A DNA stretch of 64,000 nt, taken from contig NIVC01003750.1 of NCBI GenBank assembly GCA_002269645.1, forward strand, positions 1 to 64,000, written 5' to 3'. Each line of letters begins with the position of its first letter. Position 1 is the first letter of the stretch. The DNA is from Macrostomum lignano (lineage: Eukaryota). The notes beneath the pieces were generated by a model. The model was not told where the DNA came from. It worked only from the letters and a program-made list of their open reading frames with translations, and searched no databases. Made by a program: the position numbers and the translations under genes. Shown in pieces: positions 56,996-64,000 of this stretch.

Positions 56996-57009
56996 GTTGC
57001 CATGGAGAC
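56996..57009. promoter_or_regulatory. Candidate RFX X-box GTTGCCATGGAGAC in unique sequence
   Basis: Exact fit to the GTHNYY-AT-RRNAAC consensus on the minus strand (GTCTCCATGGCAAC). Confidence 0.5.
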
Positions 57010-57209
57010 GAAAAGTTGCAGGCTAGAAAATTTCCAAATTTGACAGAGTTTGATAGCTAGGAACTTTGACTGTGAACTTGGGCAAAATTTTTCAAATGCA
57101 GAATATAAAGTAGATTTTGAACTCAAAAATACTCAAAGTTAAACTGCTTGTCTCGATTTCCACTATCAACTCTCTGAGCTTCCTCAATTGGTCGATCAGC
57201 TATCCCCCC

Positions 57210-57945
57210 TCCTTACTCTGTCCCTCACCTTCCTCACCCTGTCCCTCACCCTGTCCCTCACCCTCCTCACCCTGTCCCTCACCCTCCTTACTCTGTCCCT
57301 CACCTTCCTCACCCTGTCCCTCACCCTGTCCCTCACCCTGTCCCTCACACTCCTCACCCTGTCCCTCACACTCCTCACCCTGTCCCTCACCCTGTCCCTC
57401 ACCTCCTCACTCTGTCCCTCACTCTCCTCACCTTGTCCCTCACCCTCCTCACCCTGTCCCTCACCCTCCTTACTCTGTCCCTCACCTTCCTCACCCTGTC
57501 TCTCACCCTGTTCCTCACCCTGTCCCTCACCCTGTCCCTCACCCTCCTTACTCTGTCCCTCACCCTCCTCACTCTGTCCCTCACCTTCCTCACCCTGTCT
57601 CTCACCCTGTCCCTCACCCTGTCCCTCACCCTGTCCCTCACCCTGTCCCTCACCCTCCTCCCCCCTGTCCCTCACCCTCCTCACCCTGTCCCTCACCCTC
57701 CTCACTCTGTCCCTCACCCTCCTCACCCTGTCTCTCACCCTGTCCCTCACCCTGTCCGTCACCCTGTCCCTCACCCTCCTTACTCTGTCCCTCACCCTCC
57801 TCACCCTGTCCCTCACCCTCCTCACTCTGTCCCTCACCCTCCTCACCCTGTCCCTCACCCTCCTCATCCTGTCCCTCACCCTTCTCACCCTGTCCCTCAC
57901 CCTCCTCACTCTGTCCCTCACCCTCCTCACCTAATCCCTCACCTA
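57210..57945. repeat. Degenerate 9/12-bp C-rich repeat (CCCTGTCCCTCA / CCCTCCTCA)
   Basis: Direct observation. Confidence 0.93.
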
Positions 57946-58364
57946 GCAACCTGTCTCCCAGCGTGCATGCTCTAAAAAATTAGAAATATTCCAGCAATTC
58001 AAAGTGGTTACCAGCAAACGCGTCCCGCACATAAACTCCTCTCTCTGTATTTCAGACAGGATCTCGAGAAACCTGACCCGCTCATCATTGATGCGCCCGC
58101 CTACTGCAGGAAATATCTGTCTGAAATTCTCCTCACGATGACCTCGACTCAGATCAGTGCCAAGCGCATCTCGCAGTTCACTCAACCCACTTGGCGCACA
58201 TTTGCATGTTGAGTCCGGCTCAGCTCGGTCGCACGTTAATATTGCATGCCCGCCCGCGTACAGGGAAGGTTAGCGTGAAGCAGATGGGAGAGGCTAGATG
58301 CGAGCCATGGACTTCTAAATAAACATCTGGCCTGGAGACCAAGCACTGCCTCTGCCACTCCAGC

Positions 58365-59545
58365 CCAGTCCCGGGTCTCTGTCTCACCCTGTCCCTCACC
58401 CTGTCCCTCACCCTCCTCCAGTCAGTGACCAGTCCCGGGTCTCCATGGCAACAGTCCCGGGTCTCCATGGCAACAGTCCCGGGTCTCCATGGCAACAGTC
58501 CCGGGTCTCTGTCTGATTCTGTCCCTCACCCTGTCCCTCACCCTGTCCCTCACCCTGTCCCTCACCCTGTCCCTCACCCTGTCCCTCACCCTGTCCCTCA
58601 CCCTGTCCCTCACCCTGTCCCTCACCCTGTCCCTCACCCTGTCCCTCACCCTGTCCCTCACCCTGTCCCTCACCCTGTCCCTCACCCTGTCCCTCACCCT
58701 GTCCCTCACCCTGTCCCTCACCCTGTCCCTCACCCTGTCCCTCACCCTGTCCCTCACCCTGTCCCTCACCCTGTTCCTCACCCTGTCCCTCACCCTGTCC
58801 CTCACCCTGTCCCTCACCCTGTCCCTCACCCTGTCCCTCACCCTGTCCCTCACCCTGTCCCTCACCCTGTCCCTCACCCTGTCCCTCACCCTGTCCCTCA
58901 CCCTGTCCCTCACCCTGTCCCTCACCCTGTCCCTCACCCTGTCCCTCACCCTGTCCCTCACCCTGTCCCTCACCCTGTCCCTCACCCTGTCCCTCACCCT
59001 GTCCCTCACCCTGTCCCTCACCCTGTCCCTCACCCTGTCCCTCACCCTGTCCCTCACCCTGTCCCTCACCCTGTCCCTCACCCTGTCCCTCACCCTGTCC
59101 CTCACCCTGTCCCTCACCCTGTCCCTCACCCTGTCCCTCACCCTGTCCCTCACCCTGTCCCTCACCCTGTCCCTCACCCTGTCCCTCACCCTGTCCCTCA
59201 CCCTGTCCCTCACCCTGTCCCTCACCCTGTCCCTCACCCTGTCCCTCACCCTGTCCCTCACCCTGTCCCTCACCCTGTCCCTCACCCTGTCCCTCACCCT
59301 GTCCCTCACCCTGTCCCTCACCCTGTCCCTCACCCTGTCCCTCACCCTCCTCCAGTCAGTGACCAGTCCCGGGTCTCCATGGCAACAGTCTCGGGTCTCC
59401 ATGGCAACAGTCCCGGGTCTCCATGGCAACAGTCCCGGGTCTCCATGGCAACAGTCCCGGGTCTCCATGGCAACAGTCCCGGGTTTCCATGGCAACAGTC
59501 CCGGGTCTCCATGGCAATAGTCCCGGGTCTCCATGGCAACAGTCC
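58365..59545. repeat. Compound array: ~68 perfect 12-bp CCCTGTCCCTCA units flanked by 22-bp X-box-containing units (AGTCCCGGGTCTCCATGGCAAC)
   Basis: 3 copies of the 22-mer at 58431-58496 and 8 copies at 59365-59540; junction sequence duplicated. Confidence 0.95.
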
Positions 59546-60074
59546 ACTAGGATACTCCGCAGCGAGAGGTCGCGGAACTCAGCAGATGCTGTCAGCCTGC
59601 CTCCGTGCTCACTCTGAGCTTGCATAATTCATTGAGCGATTCTCTACCCGACAGCCCGGCTGCTCTGCAGGCCATGGGCCACAAAAATCTCACTGCAGAT
59701 TTGTTAATTCAAGGTGAATAATTCAAACGACAGGAACCTTTGCCGGCAATAATCTGGGGCTGCAAATCAATTCGGTCTTAACTGCTTAGCCAGTGTATTT
59801 TTCAGTTGGGATGCACTAAAATAGTTGCCGCCGTGAGGCAGAGGGCCTTTAATTCTGCTGGAGGATATTAAAGGGGGCTGTTAAAGCTTAAAGCGAATTT
59901 TATAGAACTTTGGCGGATAGAAAACACATACATATTTTTTGCTTTTTAAAATGTTCAAACATACTACTAATACATGATTATTTAAGTAGGCGAACTCGCT
60001 AAGTCAAAAGCGTAAACCAGAAATACCTTACGTTGGGGGCACAGAGAAGGTCAATCTAATTAGCATATGCAAAT

Positions 60075-60298
60075 TTAGTCCCCTCCCGCGTCCTCCGCAT
60101 CTTCAGCGGGGGCGTCGCCGCCTTCATCTTCGTCTGGAGGAGGCGGCGGTGCCGAATCGTCGGCGTCTTCGCCTGCGGGAGCGTCGGCATCGGCGTCGGG
60201 GGCGTCGGCAACCTCGGCGGCGTCGGCGTCCGCGTCGCCGTCGTTGGCGGCGGGAGCGGCTGCCGTCGCGGCTTCGTCGTCGTCAAGCGGCTTCTCTT
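60075..60298 (-). CDS. Terminal exon encoding an acidic Asp/Ala/Pro-rich tail of an unidentified gene
   Basis: CTGCAG acceptor; EKPLDDDEAATAAAPAANDGDADADAAEVADAPD...GGD*; host-like GC-rich codon usage. Confidence 0.6.
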
Positions 60299-61394
60299 CT
60301 GCAGTAGATAAAAAATATTCGGAAATTTTTAACAGCTCAAGTATATATTATTTCGAATATTCGCATTTGACTACTGCCACCGGGCGATCAGTAGAGTAAA
60401 AAGGTAAAGTTGTGCACCTTTACTTTTTGTTGTGTTTCGAGGATTGTGCGGAGGGCGGGAGTTGCGAAAGTGGAAGAGTTCAGTAAAAGTACGCAGTGCT
60501 TAAAGCTGCTTGAGCTTATAAGCAAATCTTAAGAAACCAGGCAATTTTCAATTTTTAAGTCGGGATGAGGTTGTGTTGCTGGCCTGGCTTTCAAATTAAA
60601 AGTTTAAGATTCCTTTATCGCCAAGGCCTTACGATAGGCTGACAGTAAGGGGTGTTTTGAAAAGTTTAACACATTAGAAATGTTCAAGCAGAAATCAGAA
60701 AAGTACATCGTGTCCGTTTTAAATGGTCTGCATTTCTTAAAGGTTTGTGCCGGAAATACAGTAATAAGTGGGACAGTTCTTGCAGCAGATATTCGGTCAG
60801 TAAGTACTTATTAAATAATCAATGCAACCGGTTGGCGAGCAGTACATTTAGTGCGGAAATAGTTTTATATAACGACAATTGCAAAGTAGAGTCAACTGTC
60901 CACCGCTACCATCAGACAGTTGCTAAGGCACATTTAATAAGCAAGGAAGCATGCTGCGTGACTACACAAGTAAATGAGCACTTACTCTGCCTGATCAGCC
61001 TCTGCTGTGCGTGTGGGAGGCCCGATAACAAGCCGACACAGATTAGCGAGTTCAGTCTGTACATTTGGGGCATCTACTACTCATAGTAGCTTGGAAATCA
61101 ATGCAGTGCAAAATTTGGGAGAAAAATTGAAAAAAAAGTTATTCGGTCAATAAAAAATCATGCACAAAATTATTGGGGCTCTGGTGGAAATCCCGAACTG
61201 CTCAATCAGTGCCGGCTGTTCGAACTCGGGACCTCTGAGTTTTCAACGGGCAGAAGGGGAGGAAAAACGCGATTTTTTGTTATGAATAAAACCAAAACTG
61301 TTACTTTTACAGACTGCATAGTACTTTTACGAGTTAGTAATATTTTTACGAGCTGGTATATAAAGTCAATTTAGCTTTATATACCAGCAAAAAC

Positions 61395-62470
61395 CTCTAC
61401 ATGTAGTCTGAATGTACTATACAAGCAGCCTGTACATGTTGAATGCACTGTACAAGTAGGCTGTACATGTTGAATGCACTGTACAAGTAGAATGTACATG
61501 TTGAATGCACTGTACAAGTAGCCTGTACATGTTGAATGCACTGTACAAGTAGACTGTACATGTTGAATGCACTGTACAAGTAGCCTGTACAAGTTGAATG
61601 CACTGTACAAGTAAACTGTACATGTTGAATGCACTGTACAAGTAGACTGTACATGTTGAATGCACTGTACAAGTAGCCTGTACATGTTGAATGCACTGTA
61701 CAAGTAGCCTGTACAAGTTGAATGCACTGTACAAGTAAACTGTACATTTTGAATGCACTGTACAAGTAGCCTGTACATGTTGAATGCACTGTACAAGTAG
61801 CCTGTACATGTTGAATGCACTGTACAAGTAGCCTGTACAAGTTGAATGCACTGTACAAGTAAACTGTACATGTTGAATGCACTGTACAAGTAGACTGTAC
61901 ATGTTGAATGCACTGTACAAGTAGCCTGTACATGTTGAATGCACTGTACAAGTAGCCTGTACATGTTGAATGCACTGTACAAGTAAACTGTACATGTTGA
62001 ATGCACTGTACAAGTAAACTGTACATGTTGAATGCACTGTACAAGTAGACTGTACATGTTGAATGCACTGTACAAGTAAACTGTACATGTTGAATGCACT
62101 GTACAAGTAAACTGTACATGTTGAATGCACTGTACAAGCAGCCTGTACATGTTGGATGCACTGTACAAGTGGCCTGTACATGTTGAATGCACTGTACAAG
62201 CAGCCTGTACATGTTGGATGCACTGTACAAGTAAACTGTACATTTTGAATGCACTGTACAAGTAGCCTGTACATGTTGAATGCACTGTACAAGTAGCCTG
62301 TACAAGTTGAATGCACTGTACAAGTAAACTGTACATGTTGAATGTACTGTACAAGCAGCCTGTACATGTTGAATGCACTGTACAAGTAGACTGTACATGT
62401 TGAATGCACTGTACAAGTAGCCTGTACAAGTTGAATGCACTGTACAAGTAAACTGTACATGTTGAATGCA
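61395..62470. repeat. 31-bp minisatellite (TGTACATGTTGAATGCACTGTACAAGTAGCC)~35
   Basis: Direct observation; ends abruptly mid-unit at 62470. Confidence 0.96.
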
Positions 62471-62919
62471 AGTAGTATATAAAAAGACGCTTCTAGACCC
62501 AGAGCACTTTTTTAATGACCGTTTTAAGGGTCTAGAGGGGGGACACGGGGGGTAAATAAAAAAACACATCTAAACACCATTAATACATCTAATCACCCAT
62601 AATCACCCCTAACAATAAAAATCATTCCCAACACTTCCAAACACTCCCCAACACCCCCCTCGCGTCCCCCCTCTTAAGACCTTACAAACGGTCATTAAAA
62701 AAGTGCTCTGGGTCTAGAAGCGTCTTTTTATATACTACTACTCTATAACCCCTTGCCCGCGCCGCAGGCGCGAAGGGTAGGAAAGAATAGAAGCTATTTA
62801 TAGTCAGCTCACCTACCCACCCAACATTCCATTTAGACCAGATTTTAGACCAAACAAAACTAGACTATCGTTTTGGTTTTCGTTTTCAAAAATTTGGTCT
62901 AAAATCTGGTCCAAATGGA

Positions 62920-63360
62920 ATGCAGACAATCTTTTTTCTGTTACTAAAAATAGAACAAAAAATGACACACGTTACACATATGCAAAATCTGAATGAATTG
63001 CAGGTAGGAGACCCAGTTGAATACCGAGGTGAGGGGCTTTTTGATGTGGTTGGAACAGCAGCAAATTTTGTTAAAGACAATATGGGGCTTATAGGGCAAG
63101 CTGGCTCCGCAGCAGGTTCTATAACAAATGCTGTAAAAGGAGGAATTGAAGCAGCTAGAGCGGCAGAAGAACTAAAGAAATTGAGAGATTTTAACGACAC
63201 CCTCTCACAAATAAATGCAATAAAAGATTTAAAGCTGGCACAAGCCGCACAACCAACAGAAACCCCCACGAAAAGCGCGCCAATAAGTAATAAAGATATT
63301 CAGGATTTTAATAAAATGTTAACCACAATTAAAGGCGGAAAAGGATTAAAGAAATTTTAA
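62920..63360 (+). CDS. Polinton-type small protein (likely start 62962) with GEGL and GGKGL motifs
   Basis: 146-aa ORF; RGEGLFDVVGTAANFV amphipathic segment; ends IKGGKGLKKF. Confidence 0.65.
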   Translation: MQTIFFLLLKIEQKMTHVTHMQNLNELQVGDPVEYRGEGLFDVVGTAANFVKDNMGLIGQAGSAAGSITNAVKGGIEAARAAEELKKLRDFNDTLSQINAIKDLKLAQAAQPTETPTKSAPISNKDIQDFNKMLTTIKGGKGLKKF

Positions 63361-63370
63361 CAATATAAAA

Positions 63371-64000
63371 ATGGACACAGATAACGACCGCTTATATTTT
63401 ATAGGAGAAATTGTAGATACTTTAGATCTAGATGATAATAAACATAGCCACACAATGTTAAAAAGATTGGATCGATTAGGTAAAAAGTTTGACTACGACA
63501 TCGATACATTTAAACTCGCAGCAAAATATGCACAAGAAGGAAGGCCGATATCCTTTAAGAATCGCGGCAGAAATTATAGGTTGACAGACTCCGATGTGAA
63601 ATTTTTAATGGAGACTCACACTAAAAAGGACGGCGGATTACTACCCATTCTACCGCTTCTTTTAGGACTTGGCGCAGCTGGAGCAGTCGGTTTAGCCGGA
63701 AAAAGAATTCATGATAATGTAAAACAGCTAGGAGAGTTAAGAGCGAAACAGGGGGGAATCTTGCCCCTTGCAGCTTTGCTCCCAATAATTTTTGCAGGAA
63801 TTGGAGCAGCTGGAGGAGTTGCTGGCGGAGCAGCTGGAATTGCAAAAGCAGTAAATGACAAAAAAGCTGCGGACGAAAAAGCTAAAAGAGAGGCCGAATT
63901 TCAAAGACAGCAAATAACGCAGGACGCACAATTTAAACAAAACTTATCGATACAATTAATAGTAGTTCAGCAACAGCTGAGCAAAAAAGAAATGCAGAAG
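63371..64000 (+). CDS. Polinton-type putative membrane-active virion protein (5' part; open to the window end)
   Basis: 210 codons without a stop, not in the ORF track: MDTDNDRLY...KKDGGLLPILPLLLGLGAAGAVGLAGKRI...KQGGILPLAALLPIIFAGIGAAGGVAGGAAGIAKAVNDKKAADEKAKREAEF... Confidence 0.78.
   Translation, partial: MDTDNDRLYFIGEIVDTLDLDDNKHSHTMLKRLDRLGKKFDYDIDTFKLAAKYAQEGRPISFKNRGRNYRLTDSDVKFLMETHTKKDGGLLPILPLLLGLGAAGAVGLAGKRIHDNVKQLGELRAKQGGILPLAALLPIIFAGIGAAGGVAGGAAGIAKAVNDKKAADEKAKREAEFQRQQITQDAQFKQNLSIQLIVVQQQLSKKEMQK

Larger units (their letters stand above)
62471..64000 (+). mobile_element. Terminus of a Polinton/Maverick (adintovirus-like) element, continuing beyond the window
   Basis: Abrupt start with AGTAGT; AT-rich, intronless, tightly packed ORFs with AAAA-ATG context; GxGL / xGG motifs and a GG-LLPxL..G.GAAG..AGGAAGIAKAVN protein typical of Polintons. 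No polB, integrase or capsid gene lies within the window. Confidence 0.68.

Noticed and set aside
57117-59627. Multiple long low-complexity ORFs (VRDR, PHPV, LSLT)
   Set aside because: They are translations of the 12-bp repeat.
61175-61245. tRNA T-arm-like GAGGTCCCGAGTTCGAA on the minus strand
   Set aside because: No A box or cloverleaf found; at most a SINE remnant.
61377-62569. 350-390-aa ORFs in three frames
   Set aside because: They are translations of the 31-bp minisatellite.

Overview
Eukaryotic (animal) genomic DNA. Exons are GC-rich and introns are packed with many different mini- and microsatellites. This style is compatible with the flatworm Macrostomum, but that is inference only. 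The main gene is a ~25 kb minus-strand HIP1/HIP1R (Sla2-family) gene with ANTH, coiled-coil and I/LWEQ domains; 13 coding exons are reconstructed in phase, plus a tentative 14th. Other host coding sequences are a plus-strand single-pass membrane protein, an intronless FkbM-type methyltransferase and several orphan exons. Mobile DNA includes a full-length but mutated Ty3/Gypsy LTR element, a full-length LOA-like LINE with RNase H nested in a foldback element beside a decayed Crypton tyrosine recombinase, a Tc1/IS630-type deletion derivative, an 8-bp-TSD MITE and a tRNA-derived SINE. The last 1.5 kb is the apparent terminus of a Polinton/Maverick (adintovirus-like) element. It has an unusual self-complementary 272-bp end and genes carrying putative protease-released membrane-active peptides. 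Other notable signals are a minisatellite made of tandem RFX X-boxes and one made of tandem AG|GTAAG splice-site motifs. Most long ORFs in the supplied track are artefacts of tandem repeats.
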